This document shows, one piece after another, positions 29,595 through 40,454 of a stretch of DNA of 64,000 bases (positions are counted from its first letter, which is position 1; each line of letters opens with the position of its first letter). Both the position numbers and the translations under genes were made by a program. Origin of the DNA: Cyanophyceae cyanobacterium (GTDB lineage: Bacteria > Cyanobacteriota > Cyanobacteriia > Cyanobacteriales > JBHJGN01). A model generated the notes under the pieces. The model ran no database searches, had not been told where the DNA came from, and saw only the letters and a program-made list of their open reading frames with translations. Location of the stretch: the NCBI GenBank assembly GCA_050331735.1, contig JBHJGN010000037.1:32001-96000 (forward strand), written 5' to 3'.

Positions 29595-30437
29595 CTAAGG
29601 GCTAAAGTGAAGAATCCTCGGCACCTCGCAACACACACGAAACCCAATATTGCCGTAGCGGTAGTAGCGTGGATCGCTGCGGCGGTAAGCAGAACGGCAA
29701 TACCACGGAGCGCTGTTCCAAGCACCGCCCCGCAGCAGCTTGTTAGTCTGCGTTCCGCCTGCTCCCAGCCACGCCCTACCGTCTACTGGTGCCCCTTCAT
29801 AGCTATCATGCCAGTCATCTTCGCACCACTCCCACAGATTTCCATGCATGTCGTGTAATCCCCACCGATTGGCTGGAAAACTTCCTACATCCATCATCCC
29901 ACCTCGATATTTTCCTTCGAGGCTGCCGTTGTAAGTTTTCGTAGTGTCGTAGCTCGCCAACTCTGCCGTAATCATTTCGCCATAGTGGAAGGGCGTTTCT
30001 GTTTCTGCCCGACAGGCGTATTCCCACTCGGCTTCACTCGGTAGGCGATAGCTTCTCCCCGTTTTCGCTGATAGCCGCCGACAAAATTCCTTAGCGTCTT
30101 CCCAGCTCACCTGCTCTACAGGTCGATTCTCGCCTTTAAAGGTCGATGGGTTTCGCTCTAGCTCCCGCTCAACTAGCGGATAACCTGCCACCACGCGCCA
30201 CTGCGCCTGAGTCACCGGATACCGCCCCAGCAAAAACGACTCCAGCTTCACTCGATGTTGCGATCGCTCGGAGCCACTACTTTCTGGCTCACTCTCTGGT
30301 GCGCCCATCAAAAACTCACCCGCCGGAATAAGCATCAGCGTCAGGGTTACGCCCTCAGCCAGTTGTTCGTGCAGGCATTTATTTCTCCGTCTGTACCGAT
30401 GGAGCATTAGGCCAGAACTGGCAGGAGCGTTAGTCAT
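29595..30437 (-). CDS. stand-alone FGE-sulfatase/CLec protein, putative DGR target
   Basis: FLMGAP, RLPSEAEWEYACRA, DMHGNLWEW, LRGGAW...CRSA...IGFRVCC. Confidence 0.9.
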   Translation of the reverse strand: MTNAPASSGLMLHRYRRRNKCLHEQLAEGVTLTLMLIPAGEFLMGAPESEPESSGSERSQHRVKLESFLLGRYPVTQAQWRVVAGYPLVERELERNPSTFKGENRPVEQVSWEDAKEFCRRLSAKTGRSYRLPSEAEWEYACRAETETPFHYGEMITAELASYDTTKTYNGSLEGKYRGGMMDVGSFPANRWGLHDMHGNLWEWCEDDWHDSYEGAPVDGRAWLGAGGTQTNKLLRGGAWNSAPWYCRSAYRRSDPRYYRYGNIGFRVCCEVPRILHFSP

Positions 30438-31060
30438 CTACCAGCCCTTAACACTTGTTCAGCCGTCAGTTTCAAATCCGGGAAGGTTGGAGAGACAATG
30501 GTTTGCTTACCCCGAAGTTTCTGAATTTCATACTCCTCATTCACTAGCATACAAACAGAGAGGGTAGGCTGTTTGGGCTTGCCAATATGTCGAGTACCAC
30601 CTAATCCGGCGTAGTCTGCAATCCAATATTCGGGAATACCTAAAACCGCGTAGTCTTCGACCTTACGGGCATAATCATTTTGCCAGTTGCTACTAACGAC
30701 TTCCGCTACAAATTTAATCGAACTACCCAGCGTCAGGATCGACTGGTCAGACCAAAGCAGTTCTTTAGTCAATTCATCTCGATCAACAACTGCAACATCA
30801 GGTCGAAATGCTGTCATGCCAGTATTAGAGGGGCGAAATAGACCCCGCTGAAGAACAAACCAATCTAAGCCTATGCTGTCGATGTGAACACAGACCTTTG
30901 CGGTAATGAAGGCTGCAACCTCTTCGTGCAAGCCTGTTGGTTCCAAGTCGAACACCTCTCCATCGATCAGTTCATAACGGTTATAGCTACCATAACAAGC
31001 AAGAAACTCGTCAAAGCTAAGTGGCTTTTGCTGTATTGGTTGATTGATCGCAAGGGTCAT
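30434..31060 (-). CDS. Uma2-family (DUF820) endonuclease
   Basis: YELIDGE, RPDVAVV, VAEVVS, DYARK..Y...GIPEYWI, SPTFPDLKL. Confidence 0.9.
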   Translation of the reverse strand: MTLAINQPIQQKPLSFDEFLACYGSYNRYELIDGEVFDLEPTGLHEEVAAFITAKVCVHIDSIGLDWFVLQRGLFRPSNTGMTAFRPDVAVVDRDELTKELLWSDQSILTLGSSIKFVAEVVSSNWQNDYARKVEDYAVLGIPEYWIADYAGLGGTRHIGKPKQPTLSVCMLVNEEYEIQKLRGKQTIVSPTFPDLKLTAEQVLRAGR

Positions 31061-31285
31061 AGGTCAAATTAGCCTAATTATTGCCCTCAGTCTACCAAAT
31101 TGAACATAGGGCAATTGAACTCCCGCTTTAGTCGGTGTGCGTAGGCATGAACGAACGCTATGCCACCTAATAGCTCACGCTTAACTACTTGATATTAAAT
31201 ACTGATCGCGATTCGATTCCGCGTACCACCCCAGCAAACTGTAAGATTTACTTAATACTTGCAGCTAGAAGAGGTATTTGAACCG

Positions 31286-33484
31286 ATGACCGTTGCCAGC
31301 GCAACCCCTGCCTTTTGTCAAGGAATTCAGTATTTTAGTGAAACTCTGCCCCAACTCGACCAATATGGAACAGAACCAGTAATCAAGCAAGGAGAGACCA
31401 AAATTGCCTCTGCCACCGATCCAGGAGCCGTTTATCAAACTCTCCTCGCTGCCGATGCTTTGCGCTATTTAACTCTACAAACCACCGCAAGCAAAGCATC
31501 AGGGCATCCCGGCGGCTTTGCCAGTATTGCCGAGGGCATTGCGTCTCTAGTGATGTTGGGCTACAAAAACCTGATTACCGAAGTCGGCCATCATGCCCCC
31601 GGTTTCTACAGCAATATGTTTTTAGACCGCTCCCTAGAAGAGATGGGCATTGAAACCGTACAGCAGCTACGGGAACGGTTTCGGGAAATGCACGGTCTTC
31701 TGGGGCATCTTTCTGGGCAGATTCCCGGTTTGCTCAGTCCCGCCGGACCACTAGGGCAGGGGCAGCATTTTGCGATGGCGGGAGCGAAACTCCATCCCGA
31801 CGTTCTCTTTCCGGTCACTATTGGCGATGGCGGCATCGGTGAACCCTACGTAATGAGCAGCTTCGGGCATTTTCATACTGCGTATCCCCACATCACCAAC
31901 TTTCTGCCGATTCTGGTTTGGAATGGCTACTCTCAAGAACACCACAGCATGGTTTCGACTAAACCTAATGAGGAGATGATCGAATACTGGGAGGGGAACG
32001 GATTTAAAGAAATTATCTTGGTGAATGCCAAGGACTACGACGATACGAATCAACCCGGTGATTATGTAGACAGCACCAAGTTCTCCTTTTCCAAGCGCCT
32101 GGAATTTACCCAAGCTGTCCTCGAGGCGACAGATAGGGCTGCTAAATCTGCCCTTGGCGGTACGCTGACGGTCCTCATTATTAAACAGCTTAAAGGCGCT
32201 GGAGTCCACGCGCAAGGCTCCAAATCTCACAACCTCTACGGCTACCATACCCTAGATAACGAAGACATTGTTAGTGCCCTAAAAACTCGCGCCCTGCCGC
32301 CCCAAGCCTGGGAAATTGTCAGAACGAACTTTGAACGAGCAGGCGGTGGTCCGGCAGTGAGTCACGTGGTCACTGAAAAAGAGCTACCGCTCCCGGACTT
32401 GGGCAAATTACCTCTCCAAGAATTTGAAGTTAAAGGCGAGAAGCAGGTAGCAACGACGGCAATGGGAAATTTAGTGGCTCATGTGGGCAAAAAAGACCCT
32501 AACTTTATCATTACCAATGCTGATGGCAATGCCGCTTCTGGTATTAACAACGTCAATATAGCGCTGACTATTCTGCACCCTACCTCCGACGATACTTACT
32601 ACCAGGGACCAAAAGGACAGGTATATGAGCCGTTGAGCGAAGATGCCTGTGCCGGACTAGCAGCAGGATCAGCTCTCTTTGGAGGACGTACGCTCTGGTG
32701 TTCCTACGAATCCTTTGCCGTCAACGGCTTACCGATTTGGCAAACCGTTACTCAGGCCATGGCAGAACTGCGCCGTGCAACGCCTTCTACCATTACTCTG
32801 TTTACTGCCGGGGCATTGGAACAAGGGCGCAACGGCTGGACTCACCAGCGTCCCGAAATTGAAAATTACTTTGCCGCGATGATGCGCAACGGCAATATCT
32901 TCCCGCTGTTTCCCACAGATGCTAACAGTATTCAAGCCTGTTACGAGTGGGCGCTCGGAACGAAAAATAAGGGCATTACGATTACGGCCAGTAAGTCACC
33001 TCTACCCGTATTAACCACCTTCGACCAAACCAGACAGGCATTGCAGGATGGCGGCGTGGTGCTGCACGAAAGCGAAGGTCGGAAAAAAGTGGTGTTTGCC
33101 GTGATTGGCGATATGCCCCTCATTCCAGTATTTGATGCCGCTACCCATTTAGAGAACGAAGGCATTGGGGTGCGCATTGTTTCCGTCATCAGTCCTCGTC
33201 GCCTGTATCGTCCGAGCGATGTTGCCTGGGAAACTTGCGCTGAAGCCGATAGCCATTTCCTGGATGATGAGGGGTTTGAGCGGCTATTTGGCGGGGATGG
33301 CTTAGTGGGAGTTACAGGCGGCGCTAGCGCCATGCTGGAACCCGTTATGCTCAGAAGTCCCGTCAAGCGAGATACATTTGCCTGGAAACGAGGGGAAACG
33401 GCATCGAGTGCCAGTCAAGTGATGGAGTTCAACGGGTTAACGGCGGAAGCGTTAGCCCAGCGAGCTGAGCAGTTAATTCAGTAG
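31286..33484 (+). CDS. phosphoketolase/transketolase-like ThDP enzyme
   Basis: SGHPGG, GHHAPG, GPLGQG, IGDGG ThDP motif, LSEDAC, SYESF, GRNGWTHQ. Start taken at MTVA. Confidence 0.85.
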   Translation: MTVASATPAFCQGIQYFSETLPQLDQYGTEPVIKQGETKIASATDPGAVYQTLLAADALRYLTLQTTASKASGHPGGFASIAEGIASLVMLGYKNLITEVGHHAPGFYSNMFLDRSLEEMGIETVQQLRERFREMHGLLGHLSGQIPGLLSPAGPLGQGQHFAMAGAKLHPDVLFPVTIGDGGIGEPYVMSSFGHFHTAYPHITNFLPILVWNGYSQEHHSMVSTKPNEEMIEYWEGNGFKEIILVNAKDYDDTNQPGDYVDSTKFSFSKRLEFTQAVLEATDRAAKSALGGTLTVLIIKQLKGAGVHAQGSKSHNLYGYHTLDNEDIVSALKTRALPPQAWEIVRTNFERAGGGPAVSHVVTEKELPLPDLGKLPLQEFEVKGEKQVATTAMGNLVAHVGKKDPNFIITNADGNAASGINNVNIALTILHPTSDDTYYQGPKGQVYEPLSEDACAGLAAGSALFGGRTLWCSYESFAVNGLPIWQTVTQAMAELRRATPSTITLFTAGALEQGRNGWTHQRPEIENYFAAMMRNGNIFPLFPTDANSIQACYEWALGTKNKGITITASKSPLPVLTTFDQTRQALQDGGVVLHESEGRKKVVFAVIGDMPLIPVFDAATHLENEGIGVRIVSVISPRRLYRPSDVAWETCAEADSHFLDDEGFERLFGGDGLVGVTGGASAMLEPVMLRSPVKRDTFAWKRGETASSASQVMEFNGLTAEALAQRAEQLIQ

Positions 33485-33627
33485 TTTATGAGATTCTTGT
33501 TGATTGTTGATTGTTCATTGTTTTTCTTAGCATTGCGCTATCAGCAATCAACTCCGCTTACGTGGAATAGACTGGCCCTTGCTTTTTAGTAAAAAAAGGT
33601 TGCATTAGGCAACAGTAGTGGGAATAA

Positions 33628-34647
<1,020 letters not shown>

Positions 34648-34684
34648 GTTGAGCTAGTCTCTTTTGGAAGCAAAATTTTCCGAG

Positions 34685-34999
34685 ATGTCTCTCTACCAGA
34701 CTATAGTTGAAAGAGAAGTTGCTTACTAAAAGTCAAGTATCAAAACGAAAGACTCTCTTTAAGTTGGCGACGAACGATTGTTAAACACCGTCGTCGCATA
34801 TTACTGGCGCTTGAAGACAGTCCTAGCTTGAAAGCCCACCTCCAGGAAGTGTTTGAAAGGTGTTACGCTGCCGCCAGACAAGATGCCGCGACCGAAACTG
34901 GTTTGCCCCTTACGACTTTTCCAGTGCGATCGCCTTTCACCGTCAAATTTCACCGTCGAACAGGTTTTAGCGATCAATTTTCTCTCGGCTAAAATCTAG
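34685..34999 (+). pseudogene. DUF29-family remnant
   Basis: Reads LLKVKYQNERLSLSWRRTI...LEDSPSLK...AATETGLPLTTFPVRSPFTV. The N-terminal part is missing, and a 13-bp near-duplication (TTTCACCGTCAAA/TTTCACCGTCGAA) shifts EQVL...FL out of frame. Confidence 0.7.
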
Positions 35000-35273
35000 G
35001 GCTTCCAAAAAAGAGCTGAGCACCAATGCCCAGTAAGGCTGCTGATCAAACCGAGCTCAACGCCCAAATCTGATTTGTCTACGAGCCTTTAATCCTACCA
35101 ACATCTTTAATAGCAGCAACCTTCTCTTCTAGCTTGGCTACTCCCACTTCAACCTTGCCGACTCTCTCTTCGAGCTTCTCAAATTGAGTGTTTAGCTTAC
35201 TCTGACCTTCTATAGTTAGATCGAGTTTATCTTCAATCTTAGTAAGGCGATCGCTTTCGATTCGATTCGTCAT
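34989..35273 (-). pseudogene. small coiled-coil + C-terminal TM protein with premature stops
   Basis: The frame continues past the TAG: IKGS*TNQIWALSSV*SAALLGIGAQLFFGSPRF*, resembling the QIWAL-TM tail of this cyanobacterial family. Confidence 0.55.
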
Positions 35274-35275
35274 TT

Positions 35276-37903
35276 TTAATCACCAAAAATATCTAGCTGA
35301 GCAATCGACTGTCCTTGAGAAGTGGGGCGCGTTGAGGACTGAGTACTGATGCCCTGGCGCAACCCCAGCGCAATCTTGCTGTGCTTCTCGATTTGCTTCA
35401 TCACCTGTTTAGCACGTCCAATCACTGAAGGGGGTAATCCGGCTAAGCGTCCGGCTTCAATGCCGTAGGAACGGTCAGCCCCACCGGGGCGCACCTGGTG
35501 TAAAAAGATAATCTGATCGGGCATTTCCTTGACCGTGACCTGGAAATTAGCCACGTTGGGAAGAATCGAAGCCAATTCGTTGAGTTCGTGGTAGTGGGTG
35601 GCAAAAATGGTGCGCGATCGCACCTCCATCGCCAGATACTCCGCTACAGCCCAAGCAATGGAAAGACCGTCGAAGGTAGCCGTGCCGCGACCGATTTCAT
35701 CGAGGAGTACCAAAGAGCGCGGCGTGGCGTGGTTGAGAATATTCGCCGTTTCGTTCATCTCTACCATAAACGTAGACTGCCCCGTTGCCAGGTCGTCTAC
35801 CGCCCCAACGCGGGTGAAGATGCGATCGCAGATTCCTAAGCTTGCCGTACTAGCCGGCACAAAACTACCGATCTGTGCCATTAGCTGGATCAGTCCCACC
35901 TGCCTCAAGTAGCAGCTCTTCCCGCTGGCGTTGGGACCGGTGAGAATAATTAAGTCTGGATGACCCTCCTGCCCCATCTGCGCTGAGTTAGGAACAAACA
36001 GGCCCATCGCTAGAGTTTGCTCGACGACCGGATGCCGACCGTCAATAATTTCCAACTGCCGTCCTGAGACAATGTCTGGACGACAGTATCCTTGAAACAC
36101 CGCTACCTCTGCTAGTCCCGCCAAAACGTCGATGGCGGCAACGGCTTTAGCAATATCGCGGATTTCTTGGGCTCTTTCGCCCACCTCACCCCTTAAAGCA
36201 GCAAAAATTTCGTATTCTAAGTTGTTGAGATCTTCTTTCGCCGTCAGGATGCGCGTTTCCCGTTCCTTCAGTTCTGGGGTAATGTAGCGTTCCTCATTTG
36301 TTAGAGTCTGTTTACGGACGTAGTTAGATGGCGCTTCTTTGGCCCGAGAACGGGGCATACTGATGTAGTAGCCAAAGGTTTTGTTATAGCCTACCTTTAG
36401 GTTAGAGATGCCGGTACGCTGCCTTTCGGTGACCTCCAGGTTAGCTAGCCACTGTCGATCTTCTTCTAATTCGCGGCGCATGTCGTCTAGCTGGGCGTTA
36501 ATGCCGTCTCGAATCATGCCTCCTTCTTTAAGATGAATCGGCGGCGTTTCTACGAGGTGCGCGGCGACGTAATGACCAAGCTGCTCTAGTTCTGGAGGGA
36601 CTTTTTGTAAAGCTTTGAAATAGAGGGAATTTCCCTGTGCCGCCAATTCAACCAGTTCCGTCAACCGGAGCAAAGAATCAGCCAAAGAGAGTAAGTCGCG
36701 GGCATGCGCACTGCCGGAGCCCACGCGACCCGACAATCGTTCTAAATCGTAGATGTGTTTCAGCAAGGAACGCAAATCCTGGCGCAGCGCACTATTATCC
36801 ATCAATTCTTGGATCGTTTCTTGGCGAGCGCGAAGGCCTTTTTCATCCACTAAGGGCTGCAATACCCAGCGGCGTAAGGCTCTTCCTCCCATTGCGGTAC
36901 AGGTGCGGTCTAACGCCCACAGAAGCGAGCCGCTGTAGGCTCCATCTCTAACCGTCTGCGTAATTTCTAAGTTGCGGCGAGTTTGATTGTCGAGAATCAG
37001 GTAGTCTGCCAGTCTATAGGTGCGTAGAGGCTGAAGCGGCACTGCAAAGGCTTTTTGGGTCTCTTCGATGTAGGCAAGGAGACCTCCAGCCGCCCGAATG
37101 CCCAGAGGCAATCGTTCGCAGCCCATGCCTTCTAAAGAGCGAACTTTAAAATGAATCAGCAAGCGCTGCTTGGCTTCGGTAAGGGCAAAGGGAATTTGCG
37201 ATCGCAGCGAGTAGCAAAACGTGTCCGGTAGATATTCCGGGAGCTGCTCGGATTTTTCACCCGGACGCAGCAGACTATTTAAATTGGGAGCATCTGTGGG
37301 AACCAGCACTTCCGATGGCTGAAGGCGCAGCAGTTCTGAAGCGAGGGCGGTTAAGTCCTGTCCTTGAGTGGTGAAATACTCTCCGGTAGAAATATCGGCA
37401 TAGGCTAAGCCCCAGTGCTCTCCGGCAACAACAACCGCTGCCAAAAAATTGTTCTGCCTAGCGCTAAGCATCCCCTCGTCTGTTAGCGTTCCTGGAGTCA
37501 GCAGTTTTTGAATCTCTCGTTTAACTAAGCGTCGCCCCTCTGCTTTAGCAATCGACGCATCTTCTACCTGATCGCAAATTGCCACCGCATAGCCTTTCTC
37601 TACTAGTTGCCGACTGTAGCGCTCCAGAGCATGGTGCGGCACTCCCGTCATGGCCACTCGCCCGATTTCTGGTCCCCCTTCTTTACTGGTCAGCATCAGT
37701 TCCAGTTCCCTCGATACTGTGACGGCATCTTGAAAGAAGCACTCAAAAAAGTCTCCGACTCGATACAGCAGTAAAGCGTTCGGATTTTGCTCTTTCACCT
37801 CCACATAGTGCTGATGCATGGGAGTCAGCTTTTGAGTGTCGATAGTTCGGTAATCAGTATGAGGAGATTTTTTCGTCGCAATCTTCGGGTTTTGAGCACT
37901 CAT
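35276..37903 (-). CDS. mutS: DNA mismatch repair protein MutS
   Basis: [44 protein letters not shown]. Confidence 0.97.
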   Translation of the reverse strand: MSAQNPKIATKKSPHTDYRTIDTQKLTPMHQHYVEVKEQNPNALLLYRVGDFFECFFQDAVTVSRELELMLTSKEGGPEIGRVAMTGVPHHALERYSRQLVEKGYAVAICDQVEDASIAKAEGRRLVKREIQKLLTPGTLTDEGMLSARQNNFLAAVVVAGEHWGLAYADISTGEYFTTQGQDLTALASELLRLQPSEVLVPTDAPNLNSLLRPGEKSEQLPEYLPDTFCYSLRSQIPFALTEAKQRLLIHFKVRSLEGMGCERLPLGIRAAGGLLAYIEETQKAFAVPLQPLRTYRLADYLILDNQTRRNLEITQTVRDGAYSGSLLWALDRTCTAMGGRALRRWVLQPLVDEKGLRARQETIQELMDNSALRQDLRSLLKHIYDLERLSGRVGSGSAHARDLLSLADSLLRLTELVELAAQGNSLYFKALQKVPPELEQLGHYVAAHLVETPPIHLKEGGMIRDGINAQLDDMRRELEEDRQWLANLEVTERQRTGISNLKVGYNKTFGYYISMPRSRAKEAPSNYVRKQTLTNEERYITPELKERETRILTAKEDLNNLEYEIFAALRGEVGERAQEIRDIAKAVAAIDVLAGLAEVAVFQGYCRPDIVSGRQLEIIDGRHPVVEQTLAMGLFVPNSAQMGQEGHPDLIILTGPNASGKSCYLRQVGLIQLMAQIGSFVPASTASLGICDRIFTRVGAVDDLATGQSTFMVEMNETANILNHATPRSLVLLDEIGRGTATFDGLSIAWAVAEYLAMEVRSRTIFATHYHELNELASILPNVANFQVTVKEMPDQIIFLHQVRPGGADRSYGIEAGRLAGLPPSVIGRAKQVMKQIEKHSKIALGLRQGISTQSSTRPTSQGQSIAQLDIFGD

Positions 37904-38135
37904 AGAAGGGTCAGAATTTCAGCACTTCTTCTGACTCTACCTTAAGGCAAAGGGGATTGGCAGGGCAGCTTTCAAAAACTCCATAGTCTGCCGTATCGAA
38001 TGGCTAGAGAACCACCAATTGAATCTCTTCCCTTGTATCGTGAGGGATAAAGCCGATAGCGCTTCTCCCAAGCTCTAGATTTGAGAAACCCAATTCCTGG
38101 TAGGATTGATGGAAAGAAATTTGCTTGGTAAAGTT

Positions 38136-38537
38136 ATGTCTATAAAATACCTATCTCGTCTGTTAGCGTTAGTTCTGGCTGTAGTCGTCGGTCTCATGGG
38201 CTGCTCTACCAATGTTGCCGGACTCACAGGAAACTATAGCCAAGATACCATTACTGTTTTAGAAACGATCACGGCGGCCATTGACGCACCAGACGCAGAC
38301 CCGAATAAGGAATCGCTACAGTCTTTAGCTCGGACTCAAATCAACGACTATGTTTCCCGCTACCGTCGAGATGTGAAAACAGCAGGATTGCGCTCCTTCA
38401 CAACGATGCAAACGGCTCTTAATTCTCTTGCTGGTTACTATACCTCCTACGGCAATCGTCCCCTCCCAGAGAAGTTGAAAAAACGGCTCAAGCAAGAATT
38501 TAGACAGGTAGAACTGGCTGTTAAGCGAGGTGGCTAA
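38136..38537 (+). CDS. psb27: photosystem II assembly lipoprotein Psb27
   Basis: Lipobox LMGC, INDYVSRYRR, SFTTMQTALNSLAGYY, RPLPEKLKKRL. Confidence 0.95.
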   Translation: MSIKYLSRLLALVLAVVVGLMGCSTNVAGLTGNYSQDTITVLETITAAIDAPDADPNKESLQSLARTQINDYVSRYRRDVKTAGLRSFTTMQTALNSLAGYYTSYGNRPLPEKLKKRLKQEFRQVELAVKRGG

Positions 38538-38577
38538 CCCAACTTGTGAATAATAGCCAAATTACTCAACCGTGAAC

Positions 38578-38615
38578 AAATCCTCATCTAAAGCGTCAGC
38601 ATAGATGGGGGTTTT
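38578..38615 (+). terminator. probable intrinsic terminator after psb27
   Basis: AAATCCTCATCTA...TAGATGGGGGTTTT hairpin followed by a T-run. Confidence 0.55.
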
Positions 38616-38711
38616 GTGATCTGGAAAAGATTTCCTCACCCCAGCAAAAATGCAGCCAGGTGATCGGTAACGATGGCCTTTTTGGGTAACTTGAAATGAA
38701 AGGGAGATGCC

Positions 38712-40229
38712 ATGGTCGGAGATCCCGCTGATCGTCATAAAAGAGAGAAATTTGTGTTGAGATTACGGAGAACAACCCCTCGTCGCCTTTTATCAGCGCT
38801 GCTAGCTAGCGGAAGCGCGATCGCTTCATGGGGCTTTATTAAACCCGCCGCCGCCGAGCTAAACACCTACTGTCAATCCCCCCAAGAGTCCATCGTTACC
38901 AAGGAAAATCTGCTCCAGGCTTCTCTAAAAAACAACCTGGATGCCCAAAAGGAGTATGAAAGTTTAATCAAAAAAGACGCTGAACAGCTTCGTCAGTGTC
39001 GCTCTCAAAACTGGCCGCAAACCCAGGCAATATGGCTGCGTCTCTACGAATGCGATGCCACTCCCGGAGCCCTGGAGCGCCTGCTGGACCGCATTGTTCA
39101 CAAGGGCTACAACCAGGTCAATGTTGAGGTGTTCTTTAACGGGCAGGTTTTGCTGCCTGCCAGCGACAATCCGACGCCCTGGACTTCGGTGGTGCGATCG
39201 CCAGGGCGTGAAAACGCCGATCTGCTCGCCCAAATCATTGAGAAAGGACGCGAACGCGGGCTAAAAGTCTATGCCTGGATGTTTACGCTAAATTTCGGCT
39301 ATGCCTATGCTCAACGGCCCGACCGCCAAGCAACCCTCGCCCTTAACGGGGATGGGAACAACAGCTTGAGCGTTGTCAGCGATCAAGCTTTTGTCGATCC
39401 CTACAGTCGGCAAGCTCAGATTGACTACTACGATATGCTCAAAGCCGTCCTTGAGCGTCGTCCAGATGGGGTACTGTTCGACTACGTTCGCTATCCGCGC
39501 GGCAACGGCAGGCAGTCAGTGGCCAGTGACGTTAAAGATTTGTGGATCTATGGAGCTGCCTCTCGGCAGGCTCTTTACGAGCGAGGACAGAACAACAAAG
39601 GACGAGACCTAATCAAGCGATATCTGAGGCAGGGCAGAATTACGCTCAGAGATGTTGAGGAAGTCGACCGGCTCTATCCCCAAGAAGGAGCGCCTCTTTG
39701 GGAAGGTCGCTCTCCCGCTCCAGGAGAATCGAATGCGTCTCTGCAAGCTCGTTATCGACGCTTTAGCTCGGACTTGTGGTATCTCAGCGTTGCTCATGCC
39801 GCTCAGGGAGTGATTGATTTTCTTGCCTTAGCCACTCATCCGGTTCAGCAGCAGGGAATTCCAGCCGGAGCCGTCTTTTTTCCCGGAGGCAATCAGGTCG
39901 TTGGCCAGCAGGGGTTTGATTCGCGCCTCCAGCCCTGGAATAGCTTTCCCGCCTCTCTGGAATGGCATCCTATGTCCTATGGCACCTGCGGTCATCCTGG
40001 CTGCATTGTCGATCAAGTGCAGCGAGTGGTAGGGATGGCTGCTGAGCAAACGCAAATCACTCCAGCCCTCGCTGGAATTTGGGGAGAATCCTATAGAAAT
40101 CGCCCACCCCTAGAGGAGCAAATGCGGGCGATTTATCGGGCTGTGCCGGAAGTCAAAACGGTGAGCCACTTTGCTTACTCTTGGCAAGAGCCACAAAGCG
40201 ATAGCGCTCGCCGTTCTTGCCGCTCTTAA
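38712..40229 (+). CDS. glycoside hydrolase-like family 10 (DUF187) secreted protein
   Basis: QAIWLRLY, GLKVYAW, FVDPY, PDGVLFDYVRYP. Confidence 0.75.
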   Translation: MVGDPADRHKREKFVLRLRRTTPRRLLSALLASGSAIASWGFIKPAAAELNTYCQSPQESIVTKENLLQASLKNNLDAQKEYESLIKKDAEQLRQCRSQNWPQTQAIWLRLYECDATPGALERLLDRIVHKGYNQVNVEVFFNGQVLLPASDNPTPWTSVVRSPGRENADLLAQIIEKGRERGLKVYAWMFTLNFGYAYAQRPDRQATLALNGDGNNSLSVVSDQAFVDPYSRQAQIDYYDMLKAVLERRPDGVLFDYVRYPRGNGRQSVASDVKDLWIYGAASRQALYERGQNNKGRDLIKRYLRQGRITLRDVEEVDRLYPQEGAPLWEGRSPAPGESNASLQARYRRFSSDLWYLSVAHAAQGVIDFLALATHPVQQQGIPAGAVFFPGGNQVVGQQGFDSRLQPWNSFPASLEWHPMSYGTCGHPGCIVDQVQRVVGMAAEQTQITPALAGIWGESYRNRPPLEEQMRAIYRAVPEVKTVSHFAYSWQEPQSDSARRSCRS

Positions 40230-40332
40230 ATGAGCTCAGCCTCACTGGTTGTTGATCCCCTAGCCGAGATAAAATCCTGAGCCAAAATCGCCTAATTACT
40301 CTTTGTCTCTGCTAGGATAGTAGACGTCTTAA

Positions 40333-40414
40333 GCGGATGTGGCGGAATTGGTAGACGCGCTAGATTTAGGTTCTAGTTTCTTCGGAAGTGAAGGTTCAAG
40401 TCCTTTCATCCGCA
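40333..40414 (+). tRNA. trnL: tRNA-Leu (anticodon TAG)
   Basis: GCGGATG/CATCCGC acceptor stem, GGAATTGGTAGAC D-loop, CTAGA-TTTAGGT-TCTAG anticodon arm, long variable arm, GGTTCAAGTCC; CCA not encoded. Confidence 0.97.
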
Positions 40415-40454
40415 TCAACAATCTTTAGCTAGCGCCTGGGAGGGCCACAGGCGT

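Noticed and set aside
27873..31258. DGR template repeat or reverse transcriptase near the FGE genes
   Set aside because: The intergenic gaps contain no AAC-rich copy of the variable region, and no ORF in the window shows RT motifs; only target-side features are present.
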